From Centroscyllium fabricii (taxonomy: Eukaryota): 64,000 nucleotides of DNA. Below, in pieces: positions 49,195 to 60,042 of this stretch. Position 1 is the stretch's first letter. Each line of letters starts with the position of its first letter. The stretch is from assembly GCA_051313645.2 (NCBI GenBank), contig JBNRSN020000001.1, positions 260,896,001 through 260,960,000 on the forward strand. Direction: 5' to 3'. The notes under the pieces were generated by a model. It saw only the letters and a program-made list of their open reading frames with translations, searched no databases and had not been told where the DNA came from. Made by a program: the position numbers and the translations under genes.

Positions 49195-49959
49195 TACCAT
49201 GTTGGCAGAAAAGGCCTTTTCTTCTTCATCAAAACCTCTTGCTCCAAATTTCTTGAGTTGGTAGAGGGTGGAAAAGGAGCTTATCCGCTGCTCAAAGGCC
49301 GGCCTTAAATTCCACTAGGCGGGTGGGGTGGGGGGGGGGGGGAAAGAGGGGTTTAATTTCCTCTGTTAGTGCAGTGCTTAGCTTGGAAAATTCTTAATTT
49401 AATCATTTATCAACTCATTGGCTTGGAAAATGTACTGGGGTGAGGTTGGATGGGGTGGTGGTGGTGGGGGAGGGGTGGTGGTGGGATGCAGTGCGGTCCC
49501 AGCCATTGTGCCAGCCATCCTGCCTGCTACGTAACACTGCCACTGACCCCGCTGAAGGTCATGGGGTGGAGGGGCAGCGGGGAATCTCGCTTTTGGTGGC
49601 ACCCCCATTCCAAAGGCCCAGGAAATGCCGGTGGTAGCTGGTCGGTTCCTGAAGGATGCTGAAAAAAACATGCCAGATGCCCGAGTGAGGAGCTGCGTTA
49701 ACCCCTGCCAACAGTTCTTGGGCTCCTTATCTTCAGGGGTCCAAGCTGAGGGACGGGATGCAGGAACTCCCATCATAGGGAGCCCCCTTCACCCAGCCAA
49801 GCCCCCTTGGCATCACTGGTCTTGTAAAAGGTGGGCGGAGATTACGTCCCTTACTAGTCCCAGTGGTAAACCCCATCGGGACCTGGCGTATACAACTTTA
49901 AAAATCATCCACATTAAATAAGGCAACAGAATCAATCAGATAACGGGGATAGGGTGGGA

Positions 49960-50540
49960 ATATTTCAAAACTGAGATGAGAGGGAACTTCTTTACTCAGA
50001 GGGTGGTGCGGCTGTGGAATTTGCTGCCCCAGAGAGCTGTAGAAGCTACTACGTTGAATAAATTTAAAACTGAGATAGACAGTTTCCTGGAATTAAAGGG
50101 AATTAGGGGTTATGGTGAACGGGCTGGTAAGTGGACGTGAGGCTAGGTTCAGATCGGCCATGTGATCTCCTGGACCAGTTTTCGATCGCCTAGATGGGTC
50201 AGAGAGGAATTTTCCTGATTTTTTTTCTCCCAAATTGGCTACTGGGTTTTTTAATCTTGTTTTTCGCCTCTCCCAGGTGATCACATTGGTCTGGGCGGGG
50301 TGGGGTGGAGAGTAAAAATAAAATTGAGGTTAGGATCAGATCAGCCATGATCTTGTTGAATGGCAGAGCAGGCTCGAGGGGCCGATTGGCCGACTCCTGC
50401 TCCTATTTCTTATGTTCTTATGTTCTTATGTAATAGGTGGGGTTACGGGGATAGGGTGGAATATGTGTTGGTGCAGGCTCGATGGGCCGAAATGGCCTCC
50501 ATCTGCACTGTAGGGATTCTATGATTCTACGATTCTATGA
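49960..50540 (+). mobile_element. CR1 3' ends
   Basis: FKTEMRGNFFTQRVVRLWNLLP; tails (cttatgtt)n and (ctatgatt)n. Confidence 0.75.
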
Positions 50541-50799
50541 GAACAGACATATGTATAAATTCTCTTGAATCAATGTTTTGTGTTTAACGACAGCTCATGT
50601 GTTACATAAAATAACGATTAACCAAAATAATTGGTCCACACCAGGGTTCATTGGTGACAGGAATCTCAGTGTTAACTGCCACAATAAGTCGAGCACACTG
50701 CTATTGAGCTGGTTGTGCGACTCCTTCTTTTGGAGCATTTACGATTCCTAGTCAATCCTGGCATTTCCATTTCAACATGGTTGACCACTCTATCCTCAC

Positions 50800-51180
50800 C
50801 CATCGTTTCTCTTCTTCGCCGCTGGACGAAGGAATGGCAGGCAGCAGATCAATCAAGGCTGCACAGATTTGTGGAGGAGCCGGATGAACTACTGGGCATG
50901 GACCTCCCTCGCCGGCAGTGGACAATGCTCAACCGCCTCAGGACTGGTGTCGGCCGTTTCGCCGCGACCATGAAAGGATGGGGACTCAGGGACTCGGCTG
51001 TCTGCGACTGTGGTCACCCTGAACAGACAGTCGATCACATCATCGAGTCATGTCTAAAACATCGACCACCCAACGGCGAAGCCGGCATAGCTGCTCTAGA
51101 CGACGAAACGCTAGCATGGCTTTCCTCAACCGAGCTGGTGATCTGACAACGGGATACTGAAGCAAACGAAAGAAGAAGAA
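50800..51180 (+). mobile_element. Ingi/Vingi-like LINE 3' end
   Basis: WTMLNRLRTGVGRF..WGL..CDCG..QTVDHIIESC zinc knuckle; (GAA)n tail; clade tentative. Confidence 0.6.
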
Positions 51181-51184
51181 GTTT

Positions 51185-52020
51185 CTCTTCTTTAACTCTG
51201 GCCTCTGAACATCCCTGATTATAATCGCTCCACCATCGGTGGCCGTCCCTTCAGCTGCCCAGGCCCGAGGTTCTGGAATTCCCTCCCTCAACCTCTCCGC
51301 CTCGCTATCTCTCTTTCCTCCTTTAAGATGCTCCTTAAAACCTACCTCTTCTTGACCAAGCTTTTGGTCACCTGCCCTAGTATCTCCTTATGTGGCTCGG
51401 TGTCAAATTTTGTTTTGTAACGCTCCTGTGCAGCGCCTTGGGATGTTTTACTATGTTAAAGGTGCCATTCCATTCCTACCTGTTCCAACGCACCCAACAT
51501 CTCTCTACCAATGGCTCTTTGTCTCGCTCCCAAATAGCCACCTTGCGTCTGTCCCAAGATTTCATTCTTGCCCCATTCCTATCTTTATCTATTGGCTGCA
51601 GCTTGGTGGTATCGTTCATGGGGGTGGGGTTGGTTTCCACGTGTCTGCTAATAGCACCTCTCCACTCTCCACCATCGCTCTTTAGTTCATGACCAGCTCT
51701 ATGCCATCTGACTGTTTGTCCGTCATCAGCAAGAATTTTCTTCAACTTAACATGGGAAAGACTAAAGAAAACCCGTTTATCTGCTGCCAGAAACCCCTCA
51801 TCCCAGTTCCCAATTCCATCAGACGCAGCCTCAGTGTCCTGTTTGACCCTGAGCTGAGCCCCACAGCAAAGCCATCACCAAGACTGTTTATTTCAAGCTC
51901 GGAAACATTGCCTGCCTCTGCCGCATCTCACTGCCATTGACACCCTCATCCATGCCTTCATCATCTCCTGGTTCAACTATTCCAGTACTCTCCGAGATGA
52001 CCTTCCAAGTTCCACTTTAT
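51185..52020 (+). mobile_element. L2 fragments
   Basis: 51185-51465 matches the L2 3' end at 3742-4000; 51500-52020 degraded RT (NFLQLNMGKT, LIHAFIIS). Confidence 0.65.
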
Positions 52021-52670
52021 TTTAAATGAGAACTTGTCCACCTGCATCCTATCATAGAATCATAGAGTGGTTGCTCCTCAATATTACCGCTTGGACCTTG
52101 CCTTTGGCCACATTCTGGAATCTTCACTACCTGGTCTCCAGTTTTGTCTTTGTGAAACATTCTGGGACAATTTGTTTCATTAAAGGTACTTAATAAATCC
52201 AAGCTGTTGCTCTTGTTGTCATAGTCAGTCCAAAACCGGGCAGTTCTGTCCAAAACCATGACATCAGTTCAAAATGGCCGTAATGGCCCAAAACTGGGCT
52301 GTCCTTTCTCTGGGCTGTCCCATCCCCTGGGCTGTCCTGTCCGAACACAGATTGTGCTGTTGAAAACTGGTCCAAAGCCGTACCTTGCTGTCCAAAACTG
52401 GACTACGTTGTGCAAAAACATGGACCAAAATCAGACTGTCCCATTTAAAACTTGACACGCAACAACTCCTTGTCACAAGCAGAATGGGTTAATCTGGGGA
52501 CCTGGAATTCCTGACCAGCAGAGTCTTAGTGTGGGTACATTTATCATTCATACATTCTGCTTTATGAGAGCATTCCTTTTGTCAAAATGTAATGTATTTT
52601 ATTCTCATGCATGAATATTTTTAAGTAATGTGTTTTATTCTAAGTGGTTTTTTCTCTCCTGTTGTTGCAG

Positions 52671-52747
52671 GGATGGTTACGGCGGAGGTCTTTCAAAATA
52701 TGCACAATCCTGACATTAGGAGAAAAATGACTGAGGAATTTGATGAG
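52671..52747 (+). CDS. STAG2: STAG2-like coding exon 5 (MVTAEVFQNMHNPDIRRKMTEEFDE); gene continues beyond the window
   Basis: 77 nt, ctcctgttgttgcag / GTGAAA, phase 1 to 0; RKMTEEFDE STAG1/2 motif. Confidence 0.95.
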
Positions 52748-53162
52748 GTGAAATAAGGTTTTTGAGATTGATTTTAAAACACGGTTTTCATCCTGTGCTG
52801 TATATTCAATCTTCTTCAACACATATATTGTGGATTTGAATGCTGTATAAGCAGCAATTTCACAGCAGGCAGGATACATGCAGGGAGTCAACACATCAGA
52901 CAGCTCGCCGAGACAGTTGTCTTAGGCTGACACAGCTAAAAGGTGCAATGGCAGCTCCCCCAGTGCCTTGGTAGGAAATGCACCGTGTGCACCTAAGAAT
53001 ATAAGAGATAGGAGCTGGAGTAGGCCATTCGGCCCCTCGAGCCTGCCCCACCATTCAGTAGGATGATGTCTAATCTTCTATCCACAACTCCACTTTCCTG
53101 CCTGATCCCCAGATCCCTTGATTCCCTCAGTGTCCAAAAATCTATCGATCTCAGCCTTGAGT

Positions 53163-54125
53163 ATTCAATTCAATTCAAGTTTTATTGTCATTGCAGAGTA
53201 CTAGTACAATACAACGAGACGAAGACTCGCCGCTCCCGAGAGTAGTGCAAATAAATTACATGCAAATTGCATACAGTAAAGTACATTATCAAGTGTGCAG
53301 GTACCGGAGTTGATTTTTAGAGTTCAGGAGGCTGACAGCCCTGGGGAAGAAGCTGTTCTTAAATCTAGTCGTGCGGGTGCGAATTGATCTGTAGCGTCTC
53401 CCGGAGGGCAGGGGGGCGAACAGACTGTGGCTGGGGTGTGTGGGGTCTTTAATAATGTTCAGAGAACTCCGTAAGCAGCGTTTGAGGTAGATGCTTTCCA
53501 TTGACGGTAGCTGGGTACCGGTGATTCGTTGGGCAGTTTTGACTACCCGCTGCAGGGTCTTCCGGTCCGAGATAGTGCAATTTCCATACCAGACTGTGAT
53601 GCAGCTTGTCAGCATGCTTTCGATTGTGCAGCGGTAGAAGTTGGAGAGGATGCCGGATGACAGCCTGGCTTTCTTCAGCTTCCTTAGGAAGTACAGGCGC
53701 TGTTGGGCCTTCTTAACCAGAGAGGAGGTGTTTAGTGACCAGGAGAGATCTTCCGAGATGTGGACCCCGAGTAACTTGAAGCTGGACACCCTTTCCACCT
53801 CAGCCCCTTGGATGAAGATGCGGGGGTGTCTTCTGCTTCCAGTCCACCGGAAGTCCACTATGATCTCCTTAGTTTTCTTGGTGTTCAGTGCCAGGTTGTT
53901 GTCGGCACACCATCCCACAAGGCGCTGGATCTCATCCCTGTAGGCTGCCTCGTCGTTGTTGGTGATCTGGCCAACCACCGTGGTGTCATCCGCAAACTTG
54001 ATGATCGTGTTGGAGCCATGGACAGCCGCACAGTCGTGAGTGAAGAGGGAGTAGAGGAGGGGGCTCAGCACACAGCCTTGTGGGGCCCCCGTGTTCAGGA
54101 TAATGGGGGGGAGGTGAGGTTGCCT
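53163..54125 (-). mobile_element. Rex1/Babar-type LINE, 5' truncated, RT C-terminal ORF intact
   Basis: 285-aa ORF: NTGAPQGCVLSPLLYSLFTHDC..IIKFADDTTVVG..; (TTGAA)n tail. Confidence 0.9.
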
Positions 54126-55230
54126 AACTTCACAATGACTGAGCATCCACAGCCCTCTGGGGTAGAGAATTCTCTGCAGCTAACCGATCGAGTCCTTTTA
54201 ACATCTTAAACACCTCGATCAGATCGCCGCTCCATCTTCTAGGGAGGAAATTCCAGAATGTGGGGCCTAAGCAACTGACGGCGTATCTGCCAATGGTGGA
54301 GAGAACAGGGAGAAGATGCACAAGAGGCCATTTGGTGCTTTGGCCCAAAGCCATGTAGAGCAGGAGGTTCTCCGTTTTGATCCCTGGTCTCTGCTGAGTT
54401 AGACGACCTCTTCCAGGGTAAAGACCTAGGATGCTACAGTTGGCCTCAATGTTTCTGGGGCAGGGAGAGGAAAAAGAACAAGCCAAGGTTCCTGCTCCTA
54501 ATTGCTGTCTAGCGATGTGTGCTGGAAAGTGCATTTATCTGCGTGGATGCCAGTTGCGTGGTGTCCTCTATACTTAAATAGCCTGGTTGCACTCAGTCTA
54601 AGCTCACATATGAAGTAAAGCTATCGTATGAAGTAAAGCTGCTTAGACGTGCTATCAGGAAGCATTCATAGAGCCAACCCCATTAACATTTGGTACCTCA
54701 GGAGAAGGGGGTGCGGGAGGGGGCAAATAGTGGGCAGGAGTTACAACAGAAAATGCTGGAGAAACTCAGCAGGCCAGGCAACATCCGTGAAGAGAGACAC
54801 AGAGTCAGCGTTTCGGGTCGGGACCCTTTATCAAAACTGAAGAAGCAAGGAAATGAAACAGATTAGCAGGCCAGTAGGGGGCTGGGAGAGAGCAAAGAGA
54901 AGAGAGAACAAAAGTGAAGAGATAACAAAAGAGAAAAGAGGTATTCAAAAAGAGACAAGATGGTGATGGGGTTATTGGGGACAGAAGACAGCTCTAGATT
55001 AGGTGTGAAATGCGCTGGCAGAATGGGAGACAGCTGCGGTGTGGGAGAGAAATAAAAAGGGGGGGGGTCCAAATAAAGGTGTGGATAAAAATAAGTAAAA
55101 ATATAATGGGGGCCAAGGTTATGATCTGAAATTGTTGAACTCGATATTGAGCCCGGAGGGCTGTAAAGTGCCCAATCAGAAGATGAGGTGCTGTTCCTCG
55201 AGTTTACGCTGAGCTTCTGAGGAACAATGT

Positions 55231-55634
55231 AATAGAAACATAGAAACATAGAAACTAGGAGCAGGAGTAGGCCATTCGGCCCTTCGAGCCTGCTCCGCCA
55301 TTCAATGAGATCATGGCTGATCATCCAAACCCAGTACCCCGCCCCTGCCCTCTCCCCATATCCCTCGATCCCTATCGAGCCTGCATCGACACATATCCCA
55401 CCCTATCCCCGTAACCCCAGCTATTCAATCCCCCTAACACTAAGGGTCAATTTATCCTGGCCAATCAACCGAACCCGCACATCTTTGGACTGTGGGAGGA
55501 AACCGGAGCACCCGGAGGAAACCCACGCAGACACGGGGAGAATGTGCAAACTCCACACAGATAGTCACCCGAGGCTGGATTTGAACCCGGGTCTCCAGTG
55601 CTGTGAGACAACAGTGCTAACCACTGTGCCGCCG
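55231..55634 (-). mobile_element. HE1-type V-SINE
   Basis: Full-length reverse complement. Confidence 0.9.
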
Positions 55635-55874
55635 TAATAGGCCAAGGACAGAGAGATCAGAGTGGGAGTGAAGTGGAGAATTAAAGTGACAGTGAGGTCT
55701 GAATGAGAGTGGAGTGGAGAATTTAAGTGACAGGCTACCGGAAGCTCAGGGTCACCCTTGCGGACTGAATGGAGGTGTTCCGCAAAGCGGCCACCCAATC
55801 TGCGTTTGGTCTCCCCAATGTAGAGGAGACCGCATCGTGAGCAGCGAATACGGTATACTAGATTGCGAGTAGTA

Positions 55875-56569
55875 CAGGTTGGGCACCGTTAATCCGGCAC
55901 CCGAAAAACCGGCAGCTTCAGTCGTCCGGCACGGATTTTCCCGACTGCCCGGTGCATGCGCAGACCATTCAAAATGGCCGCCGTCGGGCCTGGGCTTCCC
56001 TTTCACCTCACAGATACTCACTGGATCCCGGCTTAGTGACCACCCTGATGCCGATGGTGAATCCCAGACCCAGACGTTGAGCTGTTGTGTCAGCCGCCTT
56101 TCACAGGACGCGGTACAGCCAAAACCCGGTGCCCAGGTCTGCCATCGCTGCCGGAGGTTCCTGCCTAGCTGCGTGCTGACGTCACCGCGTTCCGAAGCTG
56201 GCGTGCGGTGGCATCGCGTGAGCCGCGCATCGGGCCTCAGGCCCGCTGGAGCCGTGCAGCCCGCTCCCTGATCCGCCATGGGCAGCAGAATCGAGTGCGT
56301 CTTGAGTTCCACCCGACCCTTGGACCGAAAATCACCTTCCAGGTACCGGCGAGTGCATGTGCAGACCATTTTAAATTTTGCGACGGCCATTTTGAATGGT
56401 CTGTGCATGCGCCGCCAAACGGCGAGCACATGCACAGACCATTCCAAATTTCGCGGCGGCTATTTTGAAAGGTCTGCGCATGCACCACCGAAGCTTCAGT
56501 CGTTCGGAGTTTTCACTTTTCCAGCACGGTCCTGGTCCCGACCGTGCCGGATTAACGGTGCTCAACCTG
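55875..56569. mobile_element. Tigger/pogo-like MITE
   Basis: ~26-bp TIR caggttg(g/a)gcaccgttaatccggcac, TA TSD. Confidence 0.9.
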
Positions 56570-57027
56570 TACAAGTAAATCGCTGTGGGTAGGAGCTGTT
56601 GTGTGATGGCCCAGCGGCTTTCAAATGTGACAGCTTGTGGTAACTGCTCTGGTAATTTTTTTCAACTAATTTAGCACTTGTTCCACCCCTATCGCCCTCA
56701 ATTAACCAGGGTTCAAGGTTTGGTGCTCTGCTTTTGTGAACAGGAATGGGCAAGTATCCTTAAATTTAACATATAAAAGGTTGGTAATCAGGAATTTTTA
56801 AAAATCACTTTGATGATGGATCTTGCTCTTCAGGCTGAGGGATAGATCTTTATTGCTGGTGAATGAAACACTTTATACATATCCTGCCACCACCAGACAC
56901 TTCCACATCAGCAACACCACAGTTTGGCACAGAATTTAGCTCCGCACTTTAAAAAGTAAATAAAAGACATTGGCCCAGAAATTAGCCTTGGAGCCTTTGT
57001 GCGAGTGCAGGGCTCCTAGTTACACTT

Positions 57028-59117
57028 TGACGTATCGTCAATATCTCTTAATAAAAGACTGGACGAGTAGTTACCGTAACTATAGGCTTTTAATAACTTA
57101 CTTTGGAGCTACCCTCCGAACGAACATCAGAACAGAATGAGGGAGCCTCGGTCAGTCCTCACCTATAAAGGCCTCACCTGGGGGAGGAGTTAGAGGTGTG
57201 GCTGACCTGGCTCCACAACAGTATTACAGGCTGTGTATCCCACACAGCCAATTGTTGGCAACAATAATGCAGTGGTAAATATATACAATATGGGTTACCA
57301 CATTCACCCCTTCTTGAAAATTTTAAGTCCGGTGGGGTGAATGGACCGAGCAGTTCAATATGAGCTTGTCCAGCGGTCGTGTCAGCCTGGAGGACTGCCG
57401 GAGTTTCGGTGATGGTTTCTCGTGGTCCGTGCTGCTCGAGTCCGTTGGTGGTGACAGCGGCTCTGGTGCCGTGGTTTCAGATGATGGTGGTCTCAGATGG
57501 TCCGAGCTATCGGAGTGGTGGTCTTGGGCTGGCCACGGCTGGGGCTCTGGAAACCTCGGAGGCCATCGTAGGTGTAGGGGGTGTTCTGGGTACTGTGGCT
57601 GGGCGGGCTGCTGCCCGACCAGGGGCTCTGCTGCGGTGCTTCCTGCGGGCGCCAGGTCCCTGATGGATACGGTGTCCTCACGCCCGTCCGGGAACTGTAC
57701 ATATGCGTATTGTGGGTTCGCATGCAGGAGCTGCACCTTGTCCACCAGGGGGTCGGTCTTGTGACCACGGACGTGTCTCCTAAGGAAGACCGGCCCCGGT
57801 GTCGTGAGCCATGGAGGAAGAGCTGTCCCCGAAGTCGACTTCCTGGGGAAGGAAAAAATCAAGTCATGAGGGGTGGCGTTAGTGGCCGTACACAGGAGAG
57901 AGCATATAGAATGCAGCGCGTCTGGGAGGACTGCCTGCCAATGGGCCACTGGAAGGCCTGTGGACTTCAGAGCCAGGGTGACCGCCTTCCAGATGATCCC
58001 ATTCTCCCTTTCTACCTGGCCGTTCCCCCGGGGGTTATAACTGGTCGTTCTGCTCGTGGCAACCCCTTTCTGGAGCAGAAACTGACGCAGTTCATCGCTC
58101 ATGAACGATGACCCCCGGTCGCTATGGATGTAGCTGGGGAGACCGAAGATGGCGAACAGCGTGGTGAAGTGTTTTATCACCGTTGCGCTCGTCATATCTG
58201 CGCAGGGGAAGGCGAAGGGGAAGCGGGAGAACTCATCTACGACCGTGAGGAAGTATGAGTTGCGGTCGGTGGTGGGGAGGGGGCCATTGAAGTCCACGCT
58301 GAGACGTTCAAAGGGGCGGGTGGCCTTGATGAGGTGCACCGTGTCTGGCCGGAAAAATTGGGGTTTGCACTCGGCGCAAACAGGGCACTCTCGGGTCATA
58401 GCCTTGATCTCCGTGATGGAGTAGGGGAGGCTACGGGATCTAACGAAGTGGGCGAGTCTGGTGACACCCGGGTGGCAAAGGCGGTCGTGGAGGTCCTTCA
58501 GCCGGTCTAGCTGGGCACTGGCGCACGTTCCCCTGGACAGTGCGTCCGGGGGTTCATTGAGTTTACCTGGTCGGTAAAGAATGTCGTACTCGTAAGTCGA
58601 GAGTTCGATCCGCCACCGCAGGATCTTATCATTCTTGATCTTACCCTTTTGTTTATTATTAAACATAAACGCCACCGACCGTTGGTCGGTGAGAAGGGTA
58701 AAACGCTTACCGGCCAGGTAATGACGCCAGTAGCGCACGGCCTCCACGATGGCCTGGGCCTCCTTTTCCACTGCAGAGTGGCGGGTTTCGGGTCCCTGTA
58801 GGGTGCGGGAGAAAAACGCTACGGGCCTGCCTGCCTGATTCAGGGTGGCAGCAAGGGCAAAGTCCGAAGCGTCGCTCTCCACCTGGAAGGGAATGGATTC
58901 ATCAACAGCGAGCATTGTTGCCTTGATGATGTCTTCCTTTATCCGGGCGAATGCCGTTTGGGCTTCTACCGAAAGGGGGAAAACGGCAGCCTTGAGGAGT
59001 GGTCTAGCCTTGTCCGCGAATGTGGGACCCATTGTGCGTAATAGGAGAAAATTCCTAGGCATCTCCTCAAGGCTTTGGGGTTGTGAGGTAGGGGCAGTTC
59101 TTGAAGGGGTCGCATAC
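57028..59117 (-). mobile_element. Ty3/Gypsy element D (close to A): 3' LTR 57028-57302 plus RNase H-integrase; rest displaced beyond the window
   Basis: 579-aa ORF 57323-59062; LTR tgtggtaac...gatacgtca; PPT aagaaggggtgaa on minus strand. Confidence 0.93.
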
Positions 59118-60042
59118 TGTCACAGGGCGCCTTTCCCTTTAAGGATTCAAGAGAGCTAGGTTGTGTGCCACACACCTGTTTTGAAGACTTGTTCCCCTGT
59201 TATTCAACTATTATATCAATTAATGGTTTCACATGCCTGTGTGTTCCTGGTTCTCATTGCCTGCAGCTTATTGGCTAACACTAAATAATCTGTTTGCCTG
59301 TTTGGGCTTATAAGCTGGATGCTTTGACCAGGCAGGTGCGGGATCATTGATTGGATTGACTTACTACAAACTACTGGAAGAAGTGGTTGCTGTTCTGAGC
59401 TGTTGGAGAGGCAATGGGTTTGGGCTTTCCCCTGCCCTGTGGATGACGTATTCTCTTCGGGAAACTCGGTTAGAGTGAGACTAGCTGTGGAGCGGACTTC
59501 TGAGAACTACAGTTGTCAACATTCTGGACATTGCGTTCTGCCACCTGAAGCTCAGGTTTGGACATTCCATCTGTTAAGTAAGGGCGTTCCCCTGCTAGTA
59601 GATCAGGTATTCTCTTCCTCAGAAGACTCCGTTGGAGTGAGTCTCGACCGTAGGGCGGACTCGGAAGAGATCCAGAATCTACTCCTTGGACATTGGTCGT
59701 TATTACCCGAACTGAGGTTTGGACGTTTCAGTAGGGTATGTGAGGAGTCTCAATGTTTGAGGATGGATTCTTTCCTTCTGAAGACTCTGAAGAGATGGGT
59801 TCCAGCTTTAGGGCGGACTCTGGGAGAGTTCCATTACTCATCCAAGACATTGCTCGCACCCACCTGGATTCAGGGTTGGACATGTATTCCACTATACTAT
59901 AATGCGCTTGGCTGCGTAGCATTCCACGCAACTATGGGAAGTTTGTACCAGTTCTGAAAGGAACTTGTTTTCTGTTTCTATCTTTGTATGTAGCAACTGT
60001 AATAAGCTAGTGCCAGTTTTCCGTCGAAGACTTGTTTAGATG
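59118..60042 (+). mobile_element. Long LTR (related to solo LTR 22531-23525) inserted in element D and itself interrupted by element E
   Basis: Starts tgtcacagggcgcctttcccttta; shared blocks tattggcta, tgcgggatcatt, tggacatt.catctgtt..gtaaggg. Confidence 0.75.

Larger units (their letters stand above)
54740..56590 (-). mobile_element. Penelope-like element 3' part, split by an HE1 SINE and a MITE
   Basis: YIGETKRRLGGRFAEHLHSVRKGDPELPVACH GIY-YIG segment (about 55700-55825); terminal repeat at 54745-54840. Confidence 0.78.

Noticed and set aside
52215-52460. Dispersed (gt)ccaaaac repeats as a transposon relic or array
   Set aside because: Irregular spacing with no convincing TIR or TSD
45169-52747. 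Calling the gene STAG3 or STAG1
   Set aside because: MIA.PE start with a 44-nt first coding exon, MGKSAMQ, VTAE.F and RKMTEEFDE fit STAG2 better; exact orthology still unresolved
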